In this document: positions 27,041 to 39,590 of the stretch, one piece after another
Numbering within the stretch: the first letter of the stretch is position 1
Layout: each line of letters begins with the position of its first letter
Source: Octopus vulgaris
Taxonomy: Eukaryota
Direction of reading: 5' to 3'
Assembly: GCA_951406725.2 (NCBI GenBank)
Contig: OX597816.1
Coordinates: forward strand, 60,326,001-60,390,000
Length of the DNA stretch: 64,000 nt
Translations under genes and position numbers: made by a program
The notes under the pieces: model-generated
Databases searched by the model: none
The model's input: the letters and a program-made list of their open reading frames with translations, nothing else
What the model was told of the DNA's origin: nothing

Positions 27041-27046
27041 ATAATA

Positions 27047-27448
27047 ACAAGAGCACTCAGAGAGTGCAAACCTCTACCAACGCAACACCAATGTCCTCTC
27101 AATGATTAATTGGGGATGATTTTTAAAATGAGAATATCTGAAATAAAATCCTTAAATGAATATCGTGAGACCTTTTAGTCTTCCCTTCTCTTAAATTCTG
27201 GTTTTCCTTTAGTAATCCTGTTGTTTGAGATCGATGTATAGAATTATGTGTATATGTAAGTATACTGTAAAGTGTTAAAATGTATGTATAATCTCCTAAT
27301 ATAAAAATGAGTGTTGTTGTTTTATATATTTGTGTATGTATATATTATCATCATTGTTTAACATCCACTTTTCACGCTAGCATGGGTTGGACGATTTGAC
27401 TGAGGACTGGCAATATATATATATATATATATATATAATAATATATAC

Positions 27449-27479
<31 letters not shown>

Positions 27480-27886
27480 CATATATATATAAAATAGAGC
27501 TGGAGTGAGAGGTAGAGGAGAGAAATGGCAAAGAGAGCGTCACATGAATGAGAAAGGAAGGGGTGATAGATGAATAATGAAGGAAGGAGTGGAAAAGCCA
27601 ATAAATGACATTTGAAGTGTGAGTATATGTGTGTATGTGTATGCATGTACAAGAGAACTATGTGAAACTTTACACATACATGTAAAGAAAATGTAAAAAA
27701 TAATCCAGAATCCTTGTCCAGAATCGGATTGATCCCAAAATCTAAACAGTTCGTGCCAGTTACAAGGCCAGTTATCTCTGAAAGTTTCATTCAAATCCAT
27801 CCAGCGGTTCTTGAGATATTTTGTCTACAGACTAACAAACAAACATGACTGAAAACAATGCCTCCGCCTTCGCTAGGGCGGAGGTA
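27047..27886. mobile_element. Helentron-associated non-autonomous element (HINE/DINE-like), with nested insertions
   Basis: Left end acaagagcactcagagagtgcaaacctctacc (hairpin gcactc/gagtgc); right end hairpin cctccgcc-ttcgctag-ggcggagg-taa; subterminal inverted similarity. Confidence 0.55.
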
Positions 27887-29454
27887 ATAATGATAATAAT
27901 TAAAGGTTGACACCTAATCTTGTTCCTTTTGACATCTTGCATACTAGAAAGGATATATTTGATTAATAATTGAAATTGACATTACTTGAATAAGGCAGTA
28001 AAAAGATGAAAAGATGGTTTCATTATGTCTAAATAAACAATGAAATGGTCGTGACTGCGATCCTTTTGATCACAGATCTTGTCAGTTAGGGTTAACCTGG
28101 GGTTTGACAACAACAACAACATCTGCTACAAGAAGAATAACAATAACAACATCAACTGTAAGAAGAATAACGATCAACTCTTCTTAAATGTCAACAATAT
28201 ATAATTCCGCAGTCTCTCACAACAGTTTCTGTCTTCACCGTCCCAACCGTAGAGTATTGGCTAAACTTTGCTTCCTTCCTGGAGAGGCAAATCCCTAAAC
28301 ACACATACCACAATTCCGATGACCTGACTCAATACCCCTTTTGTTGTGAATCTAATAATTAGGCTTGATTCCATTTTCTTCCTTTGTTTGATTAGTTAGA
28401 TTTTCAGAGCAAATAAAACTAACTGTCGTTACCATGGCAATTTAGAAGAAGCTGTCAAAATCAAATGAGTCTAATTAACAGAACTGAAAGGAATTAATAG
28501 CTTAAAAGGCTTAATTTAAGATTAATTATTGAATCCGTACATGGAAGGTGTCAAACAAATGTATAAATAATGAATGTTAATTATACCAAGAGAATGACAA
28601 ATAATTAAAAATCAAAAGTCTAATAGAGGAATCACAAACAGTTGTTACTAATAAAGATAAAGAGAATAAGTGTGTTCAAGAAATCATTCTGGAATACTTC
28701 TTCATCAGTGCCCTTATTCCGGCATTAGTGGAATTGTTCTGGAAATTTAGGTTTTTGCGTGAATTTTTAGAAAACCTCTTTTATTTATTTTTTCTTGACT
28801 TCATTGTCTATCACAGAATTTCTAAATGTTTCTCTCCATTGTTTTGGGTTTTATTTTTATTTTGCCCAAATGGTTCAGAAGTATACTTTATAACCATGAT
28901 GTCCAAGGTTCAATCCCACTCTGTGGCACCTTGGACAAATGTCATTTACTATACTCATAAGTCAACCCATAACTTGTGAGTGAAACTGAGTAGAAGCCCA
29001 TTGGATGGATTATACTTGTAATTCACAGGTACAGCCATGTCAGAGACCGTGCGAAGCCTTTGCCGAGTGTTCACTACTATAGCTATGAGTCAACTAAAGC
29101 CTTGTGAGTGGATTTGGTAGATAGAAGCTGAAAAGGAGCCAGACGTGTGTGTGTGTGTGTGTCTGTGTGTGTGTGTGTATGTGTGTGTTTGTGTCATGCT
29201 TGTCCCTCCCCACCACTTGATAACCAGCAGTGGTTTATTTAAGCTCACATGACTTAGCAGTTCTGTAAAAGAGACTGATTGAATAAGTACTCGACTTAAA
29301 ATGGGTACAGCATAGCTCCAGTCCAAAGACTGAGACAAGTAAAGAAGAAGGGGGAAAAAAAAAAGGATTAAATGCCCTTTATTTTGCTTTCTCAAATGCT
29401 CAGTTACAAAATGCTCTTCTTCTTGTTTATCTCAAGGTTTGATAAAGCAGATCT

Positions 29455-29669
29455 TTAACCCTTTAACATTTAAACCAGCCAAACTATTCTTCCCGTTTTT
29501 TTTTTTTGTTCTATCTGGCCAGATCCAGCCTCTCACAACTACGTTACAATGTTGATCCCCCCACCCAAAAAAAATACAGTTTCCTAAACAAAACCTTGAG
29601 GCTACAAGTTAATGCAGGGTAAATTCAAAACAATGCAGATTAATAGAATAATCTGAATGCTAGAGTTAA
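29455..29669. mobile_element. piggyBac-like MITE
   Basis: ttaa-ccctttaacatt ... aatgctagag-ttaa; inverted relative of 44109-44336. Confidence 0.55.
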
Positions 29670-29675
29670 TGAATG

Positions 29676-29962
29676 TGGAGGCACAATGGCTCAGTGGTTA
29701 GGGCAGCGGACTCGCAGTCAGAGGATCACGGTTTCGATTCCCAGACTGGGTGTTGTGTGTGTTTATTGAGCGAAAAAACCTAAAAGCTCCACGAGGCTCC
29801 GGCAGGGGGTGGGTGGCGACCCCTGTCGTACTCTTATCCTGTTTCTTGAGTAATGCTGCAATGGACTGGCAGCCCGTCCAGCTAGGGGGAACACATATGT
29901 CACAGAAACAGGGAAACTGGGACCATGAGCCTGGCTAGGCTTGAAAAGGGCGTATAAATAAA
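29676..29962 (+). mobile_element. tRNA-derived SINE family B with 14-bp TSD
   Basis: tggctcagtggttagggcagcggactcg...ggtttcgattccc (A/B boxes); agagttaatgaatg duplicated at 29662-29675 and 29963-29976. Confidence 0.85.
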
Positions 29963-30451
29963 AGAGTTAATGAATGACACTCTAGTTGTGGCTATTTTGT
30001 CATTATTCAGACAAAGTGTATCAAGGAGTGCAGTGTCTAATATGTACAAGGGTATCAAACCCAGAACCACGTGATTGTGAAGCTAGCTTCTAAAGCACAC
30101 AGCTTTGTCATTTCTTATGTCTGTCATTAGCCCCAGGACTCATAAGGCCAGAGCATAACACAGTTGTTTAAGTGAGCATAAATTACAACACATTCTGCTA
30201 AATGGCAAACAGGTCTGTCACATGTTTAACTTCCCAGCTCTTTCTGGAACTCATTACAACTGAATGAACTAGAGTAATGTGAGATGAAGTATTTTGCTCA
30301 AGAACGCAATGCACTTAATAGCTCAGGGGACTGAAACCATGGTCTTACTGTCATAGGTACAATACCCTAACCACTAGGCCATATTCCTTTAGCCATACCC
30401 ATACACTTGCAATTCTTGACAGTGGAAGATTTGAATACAGTGGCATGCATT

Positions 30452-30853
30452 CTCTTTTACTTGTTTCAGTCAACTGACTGTGGCCATGCTGGAGCACTGC
30501 CTTTAGTCGAGCAAATCGACCCCAGGACTTATTCTTTGTAATCCTAGTACTTATTCTATCGGTCTCTTTTGCTGAACTGCTAAGTTACAGGGACGTAAAC
30601 ACACCATCATTGGTTGTCAAGCGATGTGGGGTGGGGGACAGACACACAAACATATATGCACACACACATATATATATATTTACATATATATGACGGGCTT
30701 CTTTCAGTTTCTGTCTACCAAATCCACTCACAAGGCTTTGGTCGGCAAGAAGCAATAATAGAAGACACTTGCCCAAGGTGCCACACAGTGGAACTGAACC
30801 CGAAACCATGTGGTTGGTAAGCAAGCTACTTACCACACAGCCACTCCTACGCC
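30452..30853 (-). mobile_element. tRNA-derived SINE family A, full length
   Basis: Reverse-complement match to 39591-39983. Confidence 0.85.
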
Positions 30854-31146
30854 TATCTGATAAACGTTTCTTTTTATTTATTTTTTTTTTTTTCTTACAT
30901 GCTAACTTGCTGAATTCAAAACAGTACTTGAACAGAGAACAAACCTTTCCAAGTTTAACATACAACTAAGCTGATATTTCAGTGAGCTGATAATTTATTG
31001 CTTTGCTTTGGTTTGTGCTTCAGTTTATCATTTTTATCCAGCATGGCTACAGTACAATCTCCATAGACTGCTGTATTCTGCACTCTATCATTTATTTCCT
31101 CTCAATAAATGGTTTTATGAATTATTTTAAAACTGACAATACATCC

Positions 31147-31177
<31 letters not shown>

Positions 31178-32163
31178 TGATATGTGTTATGTATGTGTGT
31201 GAGCATACGTGCGTACATGCATGAGTGCATGTGTGTGTGCGTTTGTGTGGATATGTATATCAGTAGAGGAGGGATGTGTTATTCTGCAATGGTTCTTTTC
31301 TCATTACATAATTCAACTTTAACGCTGTCACTGCTACTGTAAAATATTGGTATTTTTGCAAACATGGAGTTATGAATAGAGTGACTAATATTGATTATAT
31401 AACTTGAAATCTGAAGGTTTTTAAAATTTATTTCGGGATACAAGTATATAATAAAAATAGTTAACCTATAATTTATAAAATGGATTGCAGAAATTTTCTA
31501 TTGCCAGATTTTTTTTTGTTGTTTGTTTGCTTTTTACCTATATTTTTTGTTTTTGTTTTTGGAGTTGAATCAACTACAAAAACATAAAATAATTAAGGAA
31601 CAATGTTTTTTAAAAATAAAGTGTAAGCATGAAATAATAAGTCTCATAGATGAATTATTACATTATCATGTAATATTTGATTTCATTTGTGGATTGAGAC
31701 ATTTATTCAATAGAAATATCATATTTAGATTATGACATTTATCAATGACTTGAACAATCTTTAATCTGATTCTTTAGACTTTAACAATAAGAACATCTGA
31801 CAGTTATTCAGAGTTTGTTCAGTTAAATCAAATAGTACAAACAAATAAATAGATAAAATAATAAATGCAAGCCAACCATTATATTTATCTTAAATACGTA
31901 AACCAAATTGAAATTGATTCAAGTATTTTGCTATTTCTTTCAAGGGAAGGAATAAATCTCTGATCATTTCACTGAATCTGAGTAAAAATTAAAAATCAAT
32001 TTCCATAAAAAGAAAACAAACAAACATAAAATCACTTTAACTATTTAATTTTATCAATTTCTAATTTTTTGAATAAATTTCACAAAGTAGGATATGTTTA
32101 TAATTCCAATCTTACATCATGCCATTATCAAAATTATATATAAATTAGATACTGTGAATCAAA

Positions 32164-32206
<43 letters not shown>

Positions 32207-33643
32207 TATAACTAAATGAATAAATGAAAGAACAAACTAATTGATCCTGTCGAATAATTGATAATTGTGGAACTGTGTAGGTGTTAATCAGAAATGTATT
32301 GCTTTATGTGTCAATATCCGCCTCGTTAAATGGAATTACTTCAGTTAGCAAGCAAGTTGAATTACCTGCTGAATGGTGATTACACCTTGTAGAATAAACC
32401 AACAAACAGATAAACATACTTCATGTCTTATGCAGTCAGTTGCAGCTGCACATATTGTTTACACCTGTTAAAACACCATGTGAAACGAGGAATATTTTTT
32501 TCATTACTTCATCAATAAGTTGTCTCAGAGATTTCATGAATAGTCTTTGTCTTGCTTTTTCTTTTCTCTTTTCCATTTTGTTTCTTCTTTTTCCTATTTG
32601 TCCAAATTCTATTAACTCTACCTATAACTAATTGTAGAGATGATGCCATATCAGCAATGGGGTATAATAGAAATAAAAGGTGGTTGAGGGCAATTATACA
32701 CGGCGGGGTGGCACCCCACCTACTTTTCAGTTAATGAAGGGATGTAACTTATAGCAATTTGTCCTACTTCTTCTACCTCAGCCTCTTGAACCTTAGGATA
32801 TATCTTAGTTCCTAAGCTATATCATTCCCATCATTGGAGCAATACACACTGAGTACAGACTAAGGAAGAAGAATTTGAACGAAATATCAACAACTCATTA
32901 CTTCATTACCAATGAAAACCTTTACTACTATGACAAAAATACGATAGGTGTAAAGAAAAGAAAACATTTTATCCATAATAGGATAACTGGATTTACAGAA
33001 ATCTTCATAAAATGAAGAGAAGGAAGCAGTTCTATCATGCAATGAAATTTAGTTTCCTTTTTTTTCTGAAATCAGAAAGTGGAATCAAAGCAAGGAGGCT
33101 TATGAAAAGTGAAACTTATTATAAGGCTTCTTTAAAAGATATTCAATTTAGTGCCGTCATACTTAATATTGTGATAGAAAAAGAAAATCTAATTAATTAA
33201 TAATACTAATTAGTAATTAATAATAGCCATGCATTTTAGAGAAGATAACATTATCCTAATGATTAATATTAATTTAATCTGATTTTGTCAAGTACAGACA
33301 ACTCTAAACATTACTGCCTTGGTTTCTTATCAAAGACTGAATCCATTAGCAAAACTGAATATGTAAATAAAATCTAATACACAAAAGACTCACTTGAGAT
33401 ATATATATATATACATATATATATATATTTTGTGAAATAGAAAGATGAATAATCTTGTTGCAGATTAATCAAAAGTTTAACCGATACCTTGGTAGCAAAA
33501 ATCACAGCAGAAGACAGCACGGTTGGAGGTACAACCATATGGTGTTGCAACCATGCATTGGTGCGGATAATTGAATTTTAATATTATTAGTGAATTGAAG
33601 AAATGGAGTTGAACGAAGATTGAACAGAAATCGTTTTATTGCA

Positions 33644-33723
33644 TTCTACACGTGTTTCGAAAGGCACAATTTACCAAATTCCGATTGAATAATGAGACCA
33701 TATTGTGTCTTTCTCTTCAGGAA
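33644..33723 (-). ncRNA. Type-I hammerhead ribozyme (left pLTR copy)
   Basis: Exact reverse complement of 36075-36154. Confidence 0.8.
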
Positions 33724-34429
33724 GAAATAGGAAATCCGTTGGAATAAACAAAAACAGAACAGAGGCGCAGCAAAAACAAATCGAACGAGGCTCCTAAGAG
33801 CCCATGGCCAAACTGTTTATCAATGTATGTTGAAAAACGGGTGGTGGGTGCGTTGAGGATTTTAACGGGTCAGGCAGCGGTCATTCCGGTGGGTGAGGGC
33901 ACGGGGTGCGTAGATGTTCTTTGTGACCGAGACTAAAGTTCTGACTATTTAAAGAATATTAGGTGTATTATATGGGGCGAGAAAAAATCTACTTAGAGAC
34001 ATGTGTGTGTGTACTGTTCTATATATGTGTGCGGCCGCAAGTTGGTAAGAAGCGCTACATTCTGGTCACTGCTGAGAAATCCGTCAAGGGGTAGAAAATA
34101 TTTTATGTGTACGTGTGTGCGTTTGATCGCGCGGCCGTCAGTTGGTAAATAGCTCTACACAATGGTCACTGCTGTAAAGTCCGGCAGAAAAATATTTTAT
34201 GTGTGCGTGTGTTATTCTAATCATGCCTTGTCAAAGAAACCCCCCGTCGTCAAAAACAAAACCCCATTCATCTCCCAGGAGTAATTCCCCTTGCAATGGT
34301 TAATCATATTTCTCTTAAAAGCTTTTTTCAGAATTTATTACCAAGGGCTATTTTCATATAAGTAGTGTAACCGGGTGCAGGTATTATTTATAAGCGTTAT
34401 TTATAAGCAAGATAAGTATAACGCCGCCA

Positions 34430-35395
34430 ATGGGGGCATCGAAAAGCCGAAATTCCAAATATTACTCCACGGTTAACTCGCATATAGTTAGGATAGCTTT
34501 CTCCAACACTAAAAACCTCGCCCAGATAATTGCCTCCCATAATAATAGGCTGCTTACTAAGACCCTATCACCTTTTTCCGGAGGCACAGCTTCTTCTGCT
34601 CCCGGTTTAATGCTCAGTAGGAATAATAATAGTAGTAATAATGATATGAGAGCCAGTACAGTGACTCATAATCTCAGCTCCAACCAGGGATTAGATACTA
34701 GGGGTATAGTTATAAATAGGGGTGTTGTCATTGACGGTAACAATGGCAGTAGTGAGGTGAGCGCAGCTCGGCTCGTTAGGGTAGAGAGTCCCAATAGCAA
34801 CTCCAGCATCGTTTCCGGCAATAGCAGCACCACGGGCACTAGCAATCACAGCACTCTGATTGATAGTGGAGAATCAGGGGTTATTCCGTTAGTTAATAGT
34901 GACGTAGTGGAAAATAAAGTAGTAAGCGGCTGCAGTTCTCGCAACAAATATAGTGACAGTAACGCAGTTCTAATTTCAGAAACTAATCCTAACAGAATAA
35001 GGTTCACGTCGGTGAACTCCAAGATCAGAAACGCCGTCTACCAATGCAAGGTTTACACGGACTCAGATGTCTACACTTATGTAGGGGCCTCATCGTCAAG
35101 ATTGGCCTTACGAATCTCCAACCATTACGCAACTTTTCGAGACGTGAATAAACGCCAGACCACGGGACTTAGCAAGCTAATATGGCGATTGGAGAATACG
35201 AACTCAAGCTACAGGCTGGAATGGTCAATTTTGTCGGTGGCCCTCCCATTTGACAGGGGCAGAAGGAAGTGCAACCTTTGTGTCTCCGAACTCTTCCATA
35301 TATTGTTCGCCAGAGACCGGATGGTAAACGGACTTTTACAGTCGGCTTTTCGATGCCCCCATTGGCGGCGTTATACTTATCTTGCTTATAAATAA
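34430..35395 (+). CDS. GIY-YIG endonuclease ORF of a Penelope-like element, 321 aa, no RT core
   Basis: RT-thumb remnant VNSHIVRIAFSNTKNLAQIIASHNNRLL, long N/S/V-rich linker, then AVYQCKV..TYVGAS..LALRISNH..TF..TTGLSKLIW.L..WSIL..KCNLCVSE..MVN..RCPH. Confidence 0.85.
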   Translation: MGASKSRNSKYYSTVNSHIVRIAFSNTKNLAQIIASHNNRLLTKTLSPFSGGTASSAPGLMLSRNNNSSNNDMRASTVTHNLSSNQGLDTRGIVINRGVVIDGNNGSSEVSAARLVRVESPNSNSSIVSGNSSTTGTSNHSTLIDSGESGVIPLVNSDVVENKVVSGCSSRNKYSDSNAVLISETNPNRIRFTSVNSKIRNAVYQCKVYTDSDVYTYVGASSSRLALRISNHYATFRDVNKRQTTGLSKLIWRLENTNSSYRLEWSILSVALPFDRGRRKCNLCVSELFHILFARDRMVNGLLQSAFRCPHWRRYTYLAYK

Positions 35396-36074
35396 CGCTT
35401 ATAAATAATACCTGCACCCGGTTACACTACTTATATGAAAATAGCCCTTGGTAATAAATTCTGAAAAAGCTTTTAAGAGAAATATGATTAACCATTGCAA
35501 GGGGAATTACTCCTGGGAGATGAATGGGGTTTTGTTTTTGACGACGGGGGGTTTCTTTGACAAGGCATGATTAGAATAACACACGCACACATAAAATATT
35601 TTTCTGTCGCCCGACGGACTTTACAGCAGTGACCATTGTGTAGAGCTGTTTACCAACTGACGGCCGTGCGATCAAACGCACACACGTACACATAAAATAT
35701 TTTCTACCCCTTGACGGATTTCTCAGCAGTGACCAGAATGTAGCGCTTCTTACCAACTTGCGGCCGCACACATATATAGAACAGTACACACACACATGTC
35801 TCTAAGTAGATTTTGTCTCGCCCCATATAATACACCTAATATTCTTTAAATAGTCAGAACTTTAGTCTCGGTCACAAAGAACATCTACGCACCCCGTGCC
35901 CTCACCCACCGGAATGACCGCTGCCTGACCCATTAAAATCCTCAACGCACCCACCACCCGTTTTTCAACATACATTGATAAACAGTTTGGCCATGGGCTC
36001 TTAGGAGCCTCGTTCGATTTGTTTTTGCTGCGCCTCTGTTCTGTTTTTGTTTATTCCAACGGATTTCCTATTTC

Positions 36075-36154
36075 TTCCTGAAGAGAAAGACACAATATGG
36101 TCTCATTATTCAATCGGAATTTGGTAAATTGTGCCTTTCGAAACACGTGTAGAA
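36075..36154 (+). ncRNA. Type-I hammerhead ribozyme (right pLTR copy)
   Basis: ttc-CTGAAGA-gaaagacacaat...attgtgcctttc-GAAA-C-acgt-G-TA-gaa; palindromic stem III CACGTG; predicted cleavage after 36151. Confidence 0.8.
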
Positions 36155-36205
36155 TGCAATAAAACGATTTCTGTTCAATCTTCGTTCAACTCCATTTCTT
36201 CAATT

Positions 36206-36246
<41 letters not shown>

Positions 36247-37927
36247 GTATATGTATGTGTCGGTGTTTGTCCCCCCAACATCGTTTGACAACTGATGCTG
36301 GTGTGTTTACGTCCCCATAAATTAGCGGTTCGGCAAGAGACCAATAGAATAATACAAAGAATAAGTCCTGGGGTTGATTTGCTTGACTAAAGACAGTGCT
36401 CCAGCATGGCCACTGTCAAATGACTGAAACAAGTAAAAGAGAGTGTGACTTTAGAAAGATTTGGCTGAACTTTCGAGAAAGTCAAGTAACTATATACAGG
36501 CTTGCTTGTCGGCTATATCCGAGAAAACAGATGATTTTAAATTTAACTAGGTGACCTAATTAGTGTTGGCTACAGTGAAAGTATAAGTGAGGTAAGAAAG
36601 ATGCAAAACATTTACTGTTATGTATGTCTTTGACAGACTGGTGTCCCATCCAGATGGGGAATTTAAATGCCATGGAAACCATAGAACCAATGCTTATGGG
36701 TCAGCATGACTCAAGAAAATGATCTTTACCTTTGCTATGTATGTTGGTAGTAAAGGGTTTTTTTTATCCATGTAAATAGCTGACTATGCAAAATAGAATG
36801 ACAAGATTTGGGCTCTATGCACAGGTTTTCAAAGAAGGTCAGAAAAGAGGAGCAAGTCTAGTATGATCCTTTAGGTACACAACATTAGTTTATATGAGAG
36901 ACTGAGTAAAGGGGAATGTAGAAATAGTTGAACTATTAGTTGTATGTGTAAGGAGAAGGCAGTTGAACTGGTATGGGTTATCTAATCTGAATAGATGACA
37001 CTTAGGAAAATACTATAAACTGAGAAGATATCCGTGGTAGAGTTACTCCAAAGATGGTATGGAAGAAGTAGTGAGGTCGGATTTGAAAATATTGGGACTC
37101 ACATGAAAAATAACTCAAGTCATTTTCATCAGAAAACATTAGTTATCATAAAGAATCATAAATTATTATGAGGAATAGTAGTAAAGATCAAAGTACTTCC
37201 ATTTTACCACTCATACGACATTATTTTTTACCAGCACTACTCCTACCAATTGCTTGACAGTCTCTGATAGTGGCCTCACATATTTTCATATGGACAAAAT
37301 TGTAACAGAAAGAATGAGATTACCCTCCAGAGCCAACTAGACACTTAGGCAACAAACAGCGGCTAATGTCCGCAAATCTCAAGTACACCTATTGCTACAC
37401 TTCTTATGCACACTTCACATTCTTGTCTGTAGCCATGTAAAGAAAAAAAAATGAGAGAGAAAGAGAAAGAGAGAGTAACCTTGAGTGATAACTAAGCTTT
37501 TCCTTTACTTTACATCCCCAACATCACAACTGGGTTGTGTCCTCTTTCTTAGTTTCCTTATTTCATCTGAACTTTCCACTTTTGTGCCACCCACACAAAA
37601 ATCTATTTTACACTTGTGGGTTTACACTTCTCAGTACACACAACAGGTCTCACATCTCAGACGTTGTGCTAAACCTTCTTACTGGGAATCATTTCTCCCT
37701 GAAAACTTATTCAGCCTCTCTCTAGCTTACTACGTTACAGTAGTTCATGTTGAACATTAAGTACAAACACTAACTTGTTATTCCAATCTCCCAAAGTAAA
37801 AAGATGACCTAAAAAGATGAGGGAGGAGTTGATAAACAAATAAAACAAAGCTAAACAATAAACTAAATGGAATATGTATGTGCAACATCAAATAACGTTT
37901 CACCAACAGAAAAGAAAATATTCAATC

Positions 37928-37983
<56 letters not shown>

Positions 37984-38019
37984 ATATATATACATTAATT
38001 ATATATATATGTATATATA

Positions 38020-38178
<159 letters not shown>

Positions 38179-39149
38179 ATCCTATTGTGTAATAGTCAGG
38201 ATTATAATTCAATGTTAACTAGCCATAAGACTTAGCAGAGACACAGTGTAAGTAAAAGGTGTAAGTGAGGTTTATTCAGGAAGAAAACATCTCCGATCAT
38301 CAAATATATATGGCTGTCAAATTGTACTTAAGCACCAGAAATAACAAGTCCACTTTATCTTTTCCTTCCTGTATATGAGACAGCCAGTCTATGAATGAAA
38401 TAAGAGCACTTGGTGATAAATTTGATGGAAGCAGTTCTAATGACAGTAGCCAAAAACTATATAAATAATGCACTCACAGAGTTTCTACTTCAACAATGCT
38501 AATTAATGTTCATTCTTGCTGTTTTGGTTTATGTTCTCAGTTGTTTATGCATAGCACCTAATGATAACAGAGCCTAATACAAAAATACCCTGCAGAACAA
38601 TCGCCTCCCCATGTCAGCGTTGTGTAAAATGATGTATTAATAAATAACAAACTAGTTGTACACACAACGGATGTACTTTTAAATTTATGGAAAAGTACCA
38701 ATAGCAATGCACTGTATATTCATTCCAATATTTCTTTCTAATCTTCACTAGACACTAAAATGACAACTTAATTTATTTTTCAGAAAAATAAATAAATATA
38801 TAAAAGATATGTGTGTTTGTGTGTATTCTAGTGGTTTGGAAAATAAGATTTATTGATCAAAGAGATAATATCTGGAAGAATTACAAATCTTGAAATAGTA
38901 TTCTCTCCTTTTAGTTTAGAGAACAGTTTGTTTCAGAAATATTATAACTAAACATTGGGCTTTGATTAACTCATTGTCTGGAAAAAATATTTGGGAAATA
39001 TTCAGTTAGTTTAGATAGGAAACAAATGGGTAATAAAAGAAAACTTCATAGAAACTTCTAAGTTTTGAGAGAAAAATAAACCCTCAAAATCTTTGCAGTG
39101 AATGTCTAAAATTTGAAGATAAAGTATTTTATGATCATATATACATATC

Positions 39150-39458
39150 ACCATGATCACCATGACCGACCAGACAATCAGATGTTGCTACACATCGCTG
39201 GTCACAATGCCCTTTGCATTGTTTTAGCCTTCAAATGATGCCACCTCGCTGGCTAAGTGAGCAGGCTAACAGAGAAAAGAGCGAGAGAAAATTGTGGCGA
39301 AAGAGTACAGCAGGGATCGCCACCACCCTCTGTTGGAGCCTCAGGGGGCGTTAGGTGTTTTCACTCAATAAACACTCACAACGCCTGGTCTGGGAATCAA
39401 AACCACAAATGTACGATCGCGATTCTGCTGCCCAAACCACTGGGCTATTGCGCCTCCA
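39150..39458 (-). mobile_element. tRNA-derived SINE family B
   Basis: Reverse-complement head gtggaggcgcaatagcccagtgg...gattcccagacc. Confidence 0.75.
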
Positions 39459-39459
39459 C

Positions 39460-39490
<31 letters not shown>

Positions 39491-39590
39491 TTATGATATA
39501 TATATATATATATAATGATATATAAGGATGTGTGTGTGTATATATATGTATATATGTGTATATGTATATATGTATATGTATAGATATATA

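Larger units (their letters stand above)
33590..36208 (+). mobile_element. Penelope-like element (Naiad-like), 5'-truncated, with inverted pseudo-LTRs
   Basis: 33590-34450 is the reverse complement of 35342-36208 (4 substitutions and 2 indels noticed); central GIY-YIG ORF; a hammerhead in each arm; right end abuts (TA)n. Confidence 0.9.

Noticed and set aside
28200-28290. Possible minus-strand exon (tttag acceptor, GTGAGA donor)
   Set aside because: Short, weak polypyrimidine tract and no recognisable protein similarity
35396-36070. SECIS element, since some Naiad-type PLEs encode selenoproteins
   Set aside because: No in-frame UGA in the ORF and no convincing SECIS fold by eye; SECISearch would settle it
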